In this document: piece by piece, positions 1 through 9,671 of the stretch | Layout of the letters: every line of letters starts with the position of its first letter | Numbering within the stretch: the first letter of the stretch is position 1 | Origin: Desulfocapsa sulfexigens DSM 10523 | GTDB taxonomy: Bacteria; Desulfobacterota; Desulfobulbia; Desulfobulbales; Desulfocapsaceae | DNA: 32,000 nt | Assembly (NCBI RefSeq): GCF_000341395.1 | Contig: NC_020304.1 | Span: forward strand, 3,480,001-3,512,000 | Direction of reading: 5' to 3' | Notes under the pieces: model-generated | Seen by the model: only the letters and a program-made list of their open reading frames with translations | Databases searched by the model: none | Told to the model about the DNA's origin: nothing | Position numbers and translations under genes: made by a program

Positions 1-749
1 CATCGGGATACACCCATCGCAGTGGCCGAACAGGAAGAGCCGGGCGCAAAGGGATATCCATCGCCATCATCGCTTCAAATGAACAGTACCGCCTTCGATT
101 GATCGAAAATAAAATACAGAAAAAATTTATTCAGTGCAGAATCCCGACTGGAGAGGAAATCTGCAGAAAACAATTAATCAACCAGATCGATACCGTCATG
201 GATGTAAAGGTAAACCATGACCAGATTGCGCCTTTGTATGAAGAAATTGCTGAGAAACTAGCCCACCTCGATCGTGAAGCCCTGATTAAACAATTTGTTT
301 CACTCGAATTCAACCGCTTTCTCGAATACTACAAAAATGCAACCGATTTGAATATTAGTTCAACCCAAAAAGACGGTCGAGGCAGAACGGAAAGAGCTCC
401 TGGAGAATTACAGAAGGACCTACTGCACCCCAAAAACAAATTCACCACTTTCAGTATAAATGTTGGGAGGCGCCAGGGTATAATGCCACAGGGGGTGATT
501 GGGAAAATAAATGCAATTCAGGATGTTGGTAGGATAAAGATTGGAAAGATAGAAATATTGAGAAACTCAGCGACCATTGAAGCGGACAGTCGTTACACCG
601 CTCAGATACTCGCAGCCTTTCAGCGTTCTGAAATAAACGGAAAGACGATCTCTATAGAAATCACAAAATCCAAAGGTCCTTCAAAAGCCTATGCAGGAAA
701 ACGTAAGGGCAATTTTCACCGTAGAGAGCGAAAGCCACAAGCCGCCTAA
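1..749 (+). CDS. ATP-dependent DEAD-box RNA helicase, C-terminal part (5' truncated by window edge)
   Basis: The frame stays open upstream of the track ORF. Codons from position 3 read SGYTHRSGRTGRAGRKGISIAIIASNEQYRLRLIENKI, which contains helicase motif VI (HRxGRTGRAG). The C-terminus FSINVGRRQGIMPQGVIGKIN...IGKIEI resembles a DbpA/CsdA RNA-binding domain with a basic tail. Confidence 0.93.
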   Translation, partial: SGYTHRSGRTGRAGRKGISIAIIASNEQYRLRLIENKIQKKFIQCRIPTGEEICRKQLINQIDTVMDVKVNHDQIAPLYEEIAEKLAHLDREALIKQFVSLEFNRFLEYYKNATDLNISSTQKDGRGRTERAPGELQKDLLHPKNKFTTFSINVGRRQGIMPQGVIGKINAIQDVGRIKIGKIEILRNSATIEADSRYTAQILAAFQRSEINGKTISIEITKSKGPSKAYAGKRKGNFHRRERKPQAA

Positions 750-769
750 GCATTCAGCGACAGAGAATC

Positions 770-806
770 TGCAACAGGGTTCACCAACCACTTGATCCCT
801 GTTGCA
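770..806. terminator. Candidate intergenic hairpin/terminator between convergent genes
   Basis: Perfect 10-bp inverted repeat TGCAACAGGG (770-779) / CCCTGTTGCA (797-806) with a 17-nt loop. It sits between the helicase stop (749) and the end of the minus-strand phasin-like gene (822). The U-tract is weak. Confidence 0.4.
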
Positions 807-821
807 GTAAAAACTCTGCTT

Positions 822-1127
822 TTATGACTCCCTGGATTTTAGAGCCTCACGTAGCTCCGCTATCTCTTGTTTCAGCACATTCATTTCACTTTTTTTGGCA
901 AGATCCATTTTTTTCAGAATTTCCTCTACTTTTTCCCCTATCTGTTTCTGGAGTTCCTGTCGTGACTCTTCGGAGCGAGTGACAAGGTCTTTGACCAGAT
1001 CCTTCCCTTCCTGTTCCGTCATTTTTCCTTTTTCAACAAAATCCTTGGCAACTTCTTCCAGTTTCTCTTTGGTTAGGGCAGCTACCCCGACACCTGCCAA
1101 TAATGTTTTCTTTACCAATTCAATCAT
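822..1127 (-). CDS. Phasin/PhaF-like coiled-coil protein
   Basis: MIELVKKTLLAGVGVAALTKEKLEEVAKDFVEKGKMTEQEGKDLVKDLV... with a long amphipathic helix. The ATG at 1127 is preceded by AAGGAG, so it is preferred over the track start at 1184. Confidence 0.7.
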   Translation of the reverse strand: MIELVKKTLLAGVGVAALTKEKLEEVAKDFVEKGKMTEQEGKDLVKDLVTRSEESRQELQKQIGEKVEEILKKMDLAKKSEMNVLKQEIAELREALKSRES

Positions 1128-2190
1128 TCCCTTCTCCTTTAACGGTTTCAAAAAACTTTGCTGCGATTTCGGCCGCCTCGACAACAGATCTGCAGTTCTG
1201 CACTCCTGTGGCCAAGTGATGGCCGAAGGAAAAATTTGAACTATAATAATGAGTAAACTGTTTTAAACGCCCGAGACACCGTTCCGGTAAAAAACGATCC
1301 TGCAACAACTCAATAAAACGAAAATATATATTTTTTACATTGTGTTCAGTTGAGATATTAAAATTGTATACCTCTTTGGCGATATTTGCAAACAGCCAGG
1401 GCCTGCATACTGCCCCCCTGCCTATCATCAGTCCATCTGCACCCGACTGTTCCAGACAGTTTCTGGCATCATTGACAGAAAAGATCCCTCCATTTGCAAT
1501 CACAGGTATTTTTACTGTTTTCTTTACCTTTCCAATCCAATCCCAACGTGGTCGTCTGCAAAACTTCTCTCCCTGCAAACGTCCATGAACCGTTAACAGA
1601 TCAACACCTTCGGCCTCAAGCATTTGACAAAATCGCAACAATCTCTTTTCATCCAGCTGTGCTCCAAGCCGTATTTTCGCACTGATGGGAAGATGGGTAA
1701 CTGCCCTTAGAGAACGTACGGTCTGCTGAGCAACATCGGGAGGCGTGAAGGAGCCAGCCCCTAATTTGCGGAGGGCAGGAGCGGGACACCCTAAATTTAA
1801 ATCAATCCCTTGAGCATTGAGGAGATGAAGCCTCTCCACTGCAGGAACTATGTCCTGATCTGGTCCTGCAAATATCTGATAAAAAAAAGGGGTCTCTTCT
1901 TGAGTACGGCATAGAAATGGAGAGACTGTTTCATTCTCGAAAGGAAGTCTTTGAACCGAAAGCATTTCACTGAAAAACAGGCCAATTCCACCTAACTCCA
2001 GAATTAGAATCCGAAGAGCTGAATGTGAAAGACCAACCATGGGGGCAAGAGCCAATGGCGGATTGCACTGCAGGTAGGGGGATACAAGAGAGTCATTCTT
2101 ATCAGAAGATGAACCGATACAGAGTGAATGCTTGTGGCACATATCAGGCGGCATGTCCTTTCCTTTCGATCCAGCCTCTTCAAAAAGCAA
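1120..2190 (-). CDS. tRNA-dihydrouridine synthase family protein
   Basis: LALAPMVGLSHSALRILILELGG, NLGCPAP, TVHGR, IPVIANGGIFS and ADGLMIGRGA are typical Dus TIM-barrel motifs. The true start may be internal. Confidence 0.9.
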   Translation of the reverse strand: MLFEEAGSKGKDMPPDMCHKHSLCIGSSSDKNDSLVSPYLQCNPPLALAPMVGLSHSALRILILELGGIGLFFSEMLSVQRLPFENETVSPFLCRTQEETPFFYQIFAGPDQDIVPAVERLHLLNAQGIDLNLGCPAPALRKLGAGSFTPPDVAQQTVRSLRAVTHLPISAKIRLGAQLDEKRLLRFCQMLEAEGVDLLTVHGRLQGEKFCRRPRWDWIGKVKKTVKIPVIANGGIFSVNDARNCLEQSGADGLMIGRGAVCRPWLFANIAKEVYNFNISTEHNVKNIYFRFIELLQDRFLPERCLGRLKQFTHYYSSNFSFGHHLATGVQNCRSVVEAAEIAAKFFETVKGEGND

Positions 2191-2193
2191 CGC

Positions 2194-4590
2194 TTATGAC
2201 CTGCCAATAATATGTTTTACAATATCCTGCCCGATTATTTCATCAAGTTGTACATGTACAGAATATTCAGCTTCACCCTGGCCTTGAAAACGAACGGCAA
2301 CAATTACACCCTTTGTGTCTATCGGCTCAATCCCTTTAACTGTTATATTGGTTTTTATACCTCTTCCGAGTAAAAGCCTGGCATTTTCTTTTCTGGAGAT
2401 TTTGATAAAAAAAGAGAATCCACCACAGGAAATATCAACAATCTCTCCGTTAAAACTTCTCATACTTGCGTTACCATATTCATCGAGCAAGGTGTGTTTA
2501 ACAAGAAGTGACACGGGAAAACGAGGGTACTGACGGCGATCCTCGCCTGACATTTTAAGAAGTTTCGGTACTGTTTCGGCCTTCGAACAATAATTGATGA
2601 GACAAGACTCAATCCCTGGAAATTGTTCTATCAATTCAAGGAATACTTCTCTTTCAAGAACGTGTATTTTTGTTGTCCCGATTGCTGTCAGTGCTACAGT
2701 CCAGATTGACACATCAAAAAACGGTGTGGTTCCTATAATTTCTCCGGGCCCAACCTTTTTGAGAAAGACCTCATCCTGACCTCTCCAACAGGTTAATCTT
2801 GCCTGACCTGAATTAATAAAATAAAGCAATGGACTGTTTGCACCCTGTTCAACTATAATTGTCCCTGTATCATATTCTCTTGATTTAAGAGCTTCATAAA
2901 GAGCATTAAATTCATCAGTGGTAAGAGAATCATACAAATCCTGCCAGATACTGATATGACTTGTGGTAACAGATGAGGAGCGTTCCTCTTCAATGCGTTC
3001 CCCAGCCTTTATAACTTCCGCCAGTGCGTTTGGATCTACTTCAAGAATGCGATCCCTCAGCATTTCAGCAGCTTCAAATCTCTTCTCTTCTGCCGCTTCA
3101 ATACATTTTTTATAGAGCAATTCACTGGCATCAGCTACCTGCCCTTTCCCGAGAAGAACAGCTACCTCTTCATTTATCATCTGCACCTGACGCAGAGCAG
3201 GATTTTTAACCGATGGATCATTGTCAAAGGAGACATTGTCATCGGGAGGCTCAGGTTCTAGATTTACGGATTGTTTAGGGAGTTCTTTTTTGGAAAAACG
3301 AGGCTGAAGGATGTGAAGCGAATTGCGTGCAGCACGGGACACAGGATCGACCTGAGGATCATATTTAACACTCCGCTCCTCCAGGAGCATGGTAAGAAGA
3401 TTTACTGCTCGAATGGAGTCACTGAGCCGAACATGTATTGCCAGACTTTCGAGTAATTCGTCACGAACATTGGGAGAGAAAGTATCACGCCGGGCAAGAA
3501 GATCGAGAAAGGCATCAACAACCTCCAGGCCTCCCAACTTGCCAAGATGGCTGATAAGACCTGCTTTCAGGTTATCATCAACCACTGGTAACGCTGCAAG
3601 CAGATAGCCGCCAGGGTTGGTAACGGCAACTTCATTGATACAATCGATAACCTGTTGCTGAATGCGAATATCCTCATGGGAGAGACATGGCATGATAAGT
3701 GGTATCAGATTTTCATCATCCATTGCTGTTATCATCAGAATGATGTTACGAATTCCGTACCAGGGAAGTTTTTTCTGGAGGTATTCCTTTAAAACTGGAA
3801 CTGCAGCGTAACCTGTTGCAGGAATGAGCCCAACCAGACGAAGCCTGTCTTCTTTTTCCTGACAATTTAACAGGGTTTCAAGGAGGTGGATCGCAGCCTT
3901 ACGTCCAAGATGAACAAGAATCTGTTCTGCATACTGTCTTCTTTCACCACGTCCTCTGAGGCAAACAATAGTTAATTCCTCGAGTACATAGTCAGTGGCC
4001 ATTGCCTCTTGAGATCTCCCGACAATACTTCTTATTGCATTACTTTTTTCGTTCACTCCCGACTGAATCTGGTAAAAAATTTCCAGAAGAACACCACACT
4101 CCTTCCAGAGTCCTTCTTCAAACATCCGTATGCCATTTTCCTGCAACTGTTTACAGACGATACCGCAAACGGAAAGGAAAAGTGTCTCAGCACGAAGCCA
4201 ACGCAGAAGGATCCCGGTAATCACATCAATAAGATCACGATGCTCTTCCCGATTGAGTCCTCCCATACATAAGCTGAGTGCCATCACAGCACGCTCACGT
4301 ACATTGGGGTTTTCGGAACAGGCACAATCTCCGAGCTGTTCAAACAATTTTTTTACACGATCCCGGTTGCCGGTTGCGCTATAGACAGAGATAAGTTCAG
4401 GAAGCTTTCCCATAAACTCATCGTTGAGAAGAACTTCACTGTTACCATTCTCCAGATCAAGAACAAGCTTCAGCAATCTGCGTTCAGCACGCTGTTGTTC
4501 CTCTTTTGCGAGAAGCTTCCTGGCATTTTCCTGAGCTTCTCTCTGTTTTTTTATATCTATGTCCATAAATCCCGACGAATATTTTCTCAA
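2194..4590 (-). CDS. HEAT-repeat + cyclic-nucleotide-binding-like + PilZ domain protein
   Basis: Helical HEAT-like repeats in the N-terminal half, then a cNMP-binding fold segment (YDTGTIIVEQGANSPLLYFINSGQARL...GPGEIIGTTPFF). The C-terminal PilZ carries RRQYPRF and DISCGGF. The start may be the M at 4563. Confidence 0.8.
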   Translation of the reverse strand: MRKYSSGFMDIDIKKQREAQENARKLLAKEEQQRAERRLLKLVLDLENGNSEVLLNDEFMGKLPELISVYSATGNRDRVKKLFEQLGDCACSENPNVRERAVMALSLCMGGLNREEHRDLIDVITGILLRWLRAETLFLSVCGIVCKQLQENGIRMFEEGLWKECGVLLEIFYQIQSGVNEKSNAIRSIVGRSQEAMATDYVLEELTIVCLRGRGERRQYAEQILVHLGRKAAIHLLETLLNCQEKEDRLRLVGLIPATGYAAVPVLKEYLQKKLPWYGIRNIILMITAMDDENLIPLIMPCLSHEDIRIQQQVIDCINEVAVTNPGGYLLAALPVVDDNLKAGLISHLGKLGGLEVVDAFLDLLARRDTFSPNVRDELLESLAIHVRLSDSIRAVNLLTMLLEERSVKYDPQVDPVSRAARNSLHILQPRFSKKELPKQSVNLEPEPPDDNVSFDNDPSVKNPALRQVQMINEEVAVLLGKGQVADASELLYKKCIEAAEEKRFEAAEMLRDRILEVDPNALAEVIKAGERIEEERSSSVTTSHISIWQDLYDSLTTDEFNALYEALKSREYDTGTIIVEQGANSPLLYFINSGQARLTCWRGQDEVFLKKVGPGEIIGTTPFFDVSIWTVALTAIGTTKIHVLEREVFLELIEQFPGIESCLINYCSKAETVPKLLKMSGEDRRQYPRFPVSLLVKHTLLDEYGNASMRSFNGEIVDISCGGFSFFIKISRKENARLLLGRGIKTNITVKGIEPIDTKGVIVAVRFQGQGEAEYSVHVQLDEIIGQDIVKHIIGRS

Positions 4591-4684
4591 GCAGCAGCGA
4601 TTAACGACAATTTCTATATTTTCAGACAGTTACGCAAAGCCACACAAAAATCGTATCATATCAGACGCCAATTGGGAACAACAA

Positions 4685-5314
4685 TTACTTACACGGAGAA
4701 CCACCAGTACGTAAAAGATCCTTCCGAAGCTTTCTCAAGTCGGCCATATCCTCAATACCAAGAAGAGAACGAAGCCGCGAAGATTCATTTTCAGCCTCCG
4801 GGTAGTCGTACTCAGCGGCCAGACTAAACCAGGCAAGGGCTTTTAACAGTGACTGCGGTACCCCTTTCCCCTTTTCGTATAGAGTTGCCAGAAAAAATTG
4901 TGCGGCGGGCCAATCCTTATGAGCAGCGCAGGCATACCAGCAGGCGGCCTTGTGTATATCTTTTTTTACTCTATTGCCATATTCATACTTCAGGCCGAGG
5001 TACAAACATGCACCAGCAACACCAGCCTTAGCGGCTTTTTCAAGCCAGATTACGGATTGCTCAGGATCGCGCTCTATTGTATCAGTTCCGTATTCATAGA
5101 GCAATGCAAGAGCGTACTGAGCCTGAGAATCTCCATCCTCTGCAGCCAAAAGCACATCTGCCTCGTAACTGTGTTCACTGGCGCCCCCGTGACAGGAAAA
5201 CAGGAGCACAAGTACAAAACAAAAACAGCCGCTAGCCCTGACAAAAAAAGGACTAACGGCTGATAGGTATGAAATATGTTTTGACAATTTACTGGATTGG
5301 CTCTCCAAAGGCAT
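4685..5314 (-). CDS. Sel1-repeat (TPR-like) protein, probably exported
   Basis: N-terminal hydrophobic segment CFCFVLVLLFSC and repeated AQYALALLYEYG.../ACLYLGLKYEYG.../AQFFLATLYEKGKGV units. The exact start is uncertain. Confidence 0.8.
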   Translation of the reverse strand: MPLESQSSKLSKHISYLSAVSPFFVRASGCFCFVLVLLFSCHGGASEHSYEADVLLAAEDGDSQAQYALALLYEYGTDTIERDPEQSVIWLEKAAKAGVAGACLYLGLKYEYGNRVKKDIHKAACWYACAAHKDWPAAQFFLATLYEKGKGVPQSLLKALAWFSLAAEYDYPEAENESSRLRSLLGIEDMADLRKLRKDLLRTGGSPCK

Positions 5315-5786
5315 TCAGGGCCCTGGCGGCAGTTACATCAACAGTCACATACATGGTTAATGTCGTGTCAGACATTGCCCCATTGGGTTCTATATTCATC
5401 ATACAGGTTTTATTTGGTTTGGTGAAAGCAAGAATCACATTTTGGCTGGAGACTTCACCAGCAAGTTTCCACTTGTTTTTCTTCATTGAGGCAATGATGA
5501 ACTCTTTCAGAGAATGCATTTCAACACGTCCGGTATAATGAATAATTCCTCCACGAAAAGAACTTGTCTTGATGGACATACTATTTTTGGGGTTATATTT
5601 CATCTCAGAGGGAAGCTCAATATCCTCATAGTTTCCAACAGTGCTGCTAATAGCAAGGCTGCCATCGGTTCCGGCCATGGAAGTATCTGTCTGGGTGGTA
5701 CCGGGCATACAGCCAGTGAAAGTGAGAAGCACTAGAGCAAGTAAACTAACAACAACCCCTTGATACTGATGTTTTCCATATTTCAT
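5289..5786 (-). CDS. Small predicted lipoprotein of unknown function
   Basis: Signal peptide plus lipobox: VVSLLALVLLTFTGCMPG. Beta-rich C-terminal region. Confidence 0.7.
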   Translation of the reverse strand: MKYGKHQYQGVVVSLLALVLLTFTGCMPGTTQTDTSMAGTDGSLAISSTVGNYEDIELPSEMKYNPKNSMSIKTSSFRGGIIHYTGRVEMHSLKEFIIASMKKNKWKLAGEVSSQNVILAFTKPNKTCMMNIEPNGAMSDTTLTMYVTVDVTAARALNAFGEPIQ

Positions 5787-5940
5787 AATCTTTTCTCCAT
5801 TCCTTCAGTTTTCCAGCATTTTGCCGTATTCAAGATAAATAAAATCAACATTCTCTTTCTTTTTTTATCATTACAAGTAGATACTTCAGAGAGTCACTTT
5901 TGTCGAGTATTTTCCAGTCATACTGACCTAGAAACCAGGG

Positions 5941-7404
5941 TCAATTCAGACCTCCCAGGCACATATATTTTATTTCAAGATATTCTTCAATTCCATACTT
6001 TGAGCCCTCCCGTCCTATTCCAGATTCCTTCATTCCACCAAAAGGAGCGGCTTCGGAGGAAAGAATCCCCGTATTCACACCCACCATCCCATATTCAAGC
6101 GCCTCCGTAACCCTCCAGCATCGTGCTATATCCTGACTGAAAAAATATGAGGCGAGTCCATATTCGGAGTCATTGGCCATAGCCACCCCTTCGGACTCTT
6201 CCTTAAAGACAAAGATTGGAGCCACGGGGCCAAAGGTTTCTTCTCGTGCAATTTTCATATCTGTGGTTACGTTCATAAGGATGGTTGGTTCAAAGAAATA
6301 TCCACTCTCTCCCCACCGCTTTCCTCCAGCCAGTAGAGTTGCCCCCTTATCACACGCATCCTTAATCTGCTCTTCTACCTTGAGAATAGCGTTTAAATCA
6401 ATCAGCGGTCCCTGATTCACATCTTTATCGAATCCGGACCCCACTCGCAACTGTTCCTTCACAGCTACAGTCAATTTTTCAGCAAAACGTTGATACACGC
6501 CTTCCTGAACAATAAAACGATTGGTACAGACACAGGTCTGTCCTGAATTTCTATATTTAGACGCTACAGCATCTCTGACAGCCGCATCAATATCAGCATC
6601 ATCAAACACAATAAAAGGTGCATGACCACCAAGCTCAAGGGAAACCTTTTTTACTGTATTACTGCAGGCGGCCATCAGCTTCTTTCCCACCGGCGTTGAT
6701 CCGGTAAAACTGAGCTTCCTGATTATTGCACTACTGGTGAACTCTTCGCCGATAGTACGTGCGGGGCCAGTGATCACATTAAAAACTCCCTTTGGAATTC
6801 CGGCACGGTCTGCGAGTTCCGCCAAGGCAAGTGCTGAAAATGGAGTCTGAGCGGCAGGCTTGACGACAATACTGCAGCCAGCAGCAAGTGCCGGTGCAGC
6901 TTTTCTTGTGATCATGGCTGAAGGAAAGTTCCAGGGGGTGATGGCAGCGCAAACTCCAACCGGTTCCTTGAGTACAACAATTCTTTTTCCTTTTTGAGAC
7001 ATTGGAATTGTGTCGCCGTATACACGCTTTGCCTCTTCAGCAAACCATTCAACATAGGAAGCACCATAAAGAACCTCACCCTCTGCCTCAGCAAGCGGTT
7101 TTCCCTGTTCACTGGTCATTATGTAGGCAAGATCCTCTTTATGAGCGACAATAAGGTCAAACCATCTCCTGAGATAATCGGAACGTTCCTTGGCCGTCAG
7201 ATTTTTCCAGATGACATACGCATCCTTTGCAGCTTCGATAACTCCTCTTGTCTCCTCTGCTCCAAATGAAGGGACTGAACCAAGGACACTGTTATCCGCA
7301 GGATTGAGTACTTCAATTGTCTTCTCTGCTGTAACCCACTTTCCATTCAGATAGCATTGCTGCCTGAATAAATCAGAATTCTGTAACTTCATACCATACC
7401 TCAT
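5941..7404 (-). CDS. gabD: NAD(P)-dependent succinate-semialdehyde dehydrogenase
   Basis: Complete aldehyde dehydrogenase with ITPWNFPSAMITRKAAPALAAGC, LELGGHAPFIVFDDAD, the GQTCVCTNRF catalytic Cys motif and EETFGPVAP. Confidence 0.92.
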   Translation of the reverse strand: MRYGMKLQNSDLFRQQCYLNGKWVTAEKTIEVLNPADNSVLGSVPSFGAEETRGVIEAAKDAYVIWKNLTAKERSDYLRRWFDLIVAHKEDLAYIMTSEQGKPLAEAEGEVLYGASYVEWFAEEAKRVYGDTIPMSQKGKRIVVLKEPVGVCAAITPWNFPSAMITRKAAPALAAGCSIVVKPAAQTPFSALALAELADRAGIPKGVFNVITGPARTIGEEFTSSAIIRKLSFTGSTPVGKKLMAACSNTVKKVSLELGGHAPFIVFDDADIDAAVRDAVASKYRNSGQTCVCTNRFIVQEGVYQRFAEKLTVAVKEQLRVGSGFDKDVNQGPLIDLNAILKVEEQIKDACDKGATLLAGGKRWGESGYFFEPTILMNVTTDMKIAREETFGPVAPIFVFKEESEGVAMANDSEYGLASYFFSQDIARCWRVTEALEYGMVGVNTGILSSEAAPFGGMKESGIGREGSKYGIEEYLEIKYMCLGGLN

Positions 7405-7593
7405 TAAATACTATCAAATAGTGGGCCAAGAAATGACTCCAACCGTATTGTATAAAAAAATCTAACAGCCAGGTATCTATTTTTTCCTTAACGCAGTTGC
7501 TGCTCGACAAGAAATACCTGGTCGTATAGAGTGTTTCCCATCGCACATCCACAGGACACTTTTTTCCTCCTTTATATGCATAACATGCAGACA

Positions 7594-7821
7594 ATGAGCA
7601 CTCCAACACCGATAGACATTCATAAAGAGCCAATACGCCTAAGTCAGTTCCTTAAACTTGCCAATGTTGTCCAGGATGGGCTTCATGCTAAAATACGGAT
7701 CACCGAGGGTGAGGTCATGGTGAATGGAAAGCCTGAAACACGCCGGGGACGAAAACTTGTTGCAAACGATCTCGTTGAAATCGACAATATAATTTTTCGG
7801 GTAAAAACAGCAGACAAATAA
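7594..7821 (+). CDS. S4-domain RNA-binding protein, YbcJ-like
   Basis: MSTPTPIDIHKEPIRLSQFLKLANVVQDGLHAKIRITEGEVMVNGKPETRRGRKLVANDLVEI. The start is placed at the internal Met; the track ORF starts at 7531. Confidence 0.82.
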   Translation: MSTPTPIDIHKEPIRLSQFLKLANVVQDGLHAKIRITEGEVMVNGKPETRRGRKLVANDLVEIDNIIFRVKTADK

Positions 7822-7840
7822 AAATTTGCTTGCAGTTGAT

Positions 7841-9442
7841 TCAGGGAAGAATCACCTGATCGGCCTGTATGGAGTAGAGTTTTACCGCTCGTTCCACACC
7901 ACGTAACTTTCTGACATCTTCTTCTCGTATGGGAAAATTCCCCTTCACATCCCTGTACACAGAATCGGTTATCAAAATCTGACCAGATTCAGTTGAATCG
8001 GCCAGGCGTTGTGCAATATTGACATCCGTACCAATTACAGTGTAATCAAGCCTTCTTGATGACCCTACATTTCCGTGAAAAACCTCTCCCCTGCTAATAC
8101 CTATTCCCAAGCCAAGCTGTTTAAACACAGGGGACTTTTTCAGCCACTTGCATCGTAATTGTTCAAAGCCCTGAGAAAGCTCAACGGCAGTGCACACTGC
8201 GGCATTTGACGGTTCGTCAAGTTCAATGGGAGCACCGAAGGCAACAAGAGCTGCATCTCCCATAAATTTATCAAGAGTTCCTTTCCAGGAAAAAGCCACT
8301 TCAGCAAAGAGATCAAAAAATTCAGTCAGAAAGAGATGGATATCCTTATGAGAAAGATGTTGAACGGCAAGGGTAAAATTTCGGATATCAGCAAACAGGA
8401 CAGTTATCTCTCTGACACCTCCAATTTTCATAATATTTTCACCGGACTTCAGCAGGATTTCGGCAACTTCCGGAGCGACATACTGTTCAAAGAGGGCTTT
8501 GGTACGAACATTCTGCTCGTGCTCCTTAATATATGCCACATTCTCAAGTGCCATAACTGCCTGACTGCAGATTACGGACAGCAGTTCCAGATCCGATTGG
8601 CTGTACTCAACATTCCTGGCAGTCTGACTGATGTTTAAAACTCCAAGAACCTGAGTTCGGCCAACAAGAGGAAAAGATATTGACGCTGCAATCTCTTCAC
8701 GCTTCAGATATTGTGAAAGCGGAGACTGTTCCTGGGTCAGCTTGTTCAAAATAACCGGTTCACCATGCTTATAAACCCAACCGGCAATTTTTTCTCCTGA
8801 CCTGACAGCAACGGATGCAGCGACAGCTCTATCAATACCTCTGGATGCTACGATGTGGAGACAGCTATCTTCCTTCACAAACATCATAAGTGACATTGAA
8901 GGAACTTTTATTTGCCGAGAGACGGCGTCGAGGAGAAGTTCATAGACCTCCTGCAGAGAGTTGGCAGCATTAAACTTTTCACCAAGTTTATACAGGGGCA
9001 GAATGGTTTTGAGGCGTGTGTTTTCTTCACGCAGGGCTGCTATGGCCAATGTTTCCTGGACAGTATTCACCAGGGTCCTGGCGTCCAGCGGTTTCTGGAG
9101 TACTCCGCTCAACCCTCTGTTCATTGCCGTCACCACCATATCCAAATCAGCATGACCAGACACAAGTAGTCCTGTAATTCCAGGGTCTGTCTGTCTAATA
9201 GTGTCAAAGGTTTCAACACCTGTCATCCCGGGAAGCATTGCGTCAACAATTATCAGATCAAACTTGTTAATCATTGCCATCTCCACTGCCTGTTCACCGC
9301 TATGGGCACAGACAACCTCATAACCACTATCTCCAAGAGCCATGCGACTTACATCAGCAATAGAGGCCTCGTAGGCTACAACAAGAATCTTCTGAGGGGA
9401 CATAAATAAATACTCGCAGTAAAATCTTGAATAATTTACCAA
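7841..9442 (-). CDS. Response regulator receiver + GAF + class III adenylate/guanylate cyclase
   Basis: REC domain with DLIIVDAMLPGMTG, then a GAF region, then a class III cyclase catalytic domain (TVLFADIRNFT, DKFMGDAALVAFGAP, RRLDYTVIGTDVNIAQRL). The true start may be downstream of the first Met. Confidence 0.88.
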   Translation of the reverse strand: MVNYSRFYCEYLFMSPQKILVVAYEASIADVSRMALGDSGYEVVCAHSGEQAVEMAMINKFDLIIVDAMLPGMTGVETFDTIRQTDPGITGLLVSGHADLDMVVTAMNRGLSGVLQKPLDARTLVNTVQETLAIAALREENTRLKTILPLYKLGEKFNAANSLQEVYELLLDAVSRQIKVPSMSLMMFVKEDSCLHIVASRGIDRAVAASVAVRSGEKIAGWVYKHGEPVILNKLTQEQSPLSQYLKREEIAASISFPLVGRTQVLGVLNISQTARNVEYSQSDLELLSVICSQAVMALENVAYIKEHEQNVRTKALFEQYVAPEVAEILLKSGENIMKIGGVREITVLFADIRNFTLAVQHLSHKDIHLFLTEFFDLFAEVAFSWKGTLDKFMGDAALVAFGAPIELDEPSNAAVCTAVELSQGFEQLRCKWLKKSPVFKQLGLGIGISRGEVFHGNVGSSRRLDYTVIGTDVNIAQRLADSTESGQILITDSVYRDVKGNFPIREEDVRKLRGVERAVKLYSIQADQVILP

Positions 9443-9671
9443 CTACTTCAGGGAAGATACTAGAAAACTCATTCTGCTTAATACTACCATCCGCATCAAT
9501 AGCTTACAAGCAATAGCCTGCCGTTGAGTTTATTATTTTGGAGCGGATTTCAGTCACGGAAAAGAGCAGACGATACTTTGTTCCTGCATTTATTCCATCC
9601 TGCTTGCAATATTATGTCAGTATAGGGTATTTACCTTCCTATACTGTTTTTCACATTAACCTTTCTGTACT

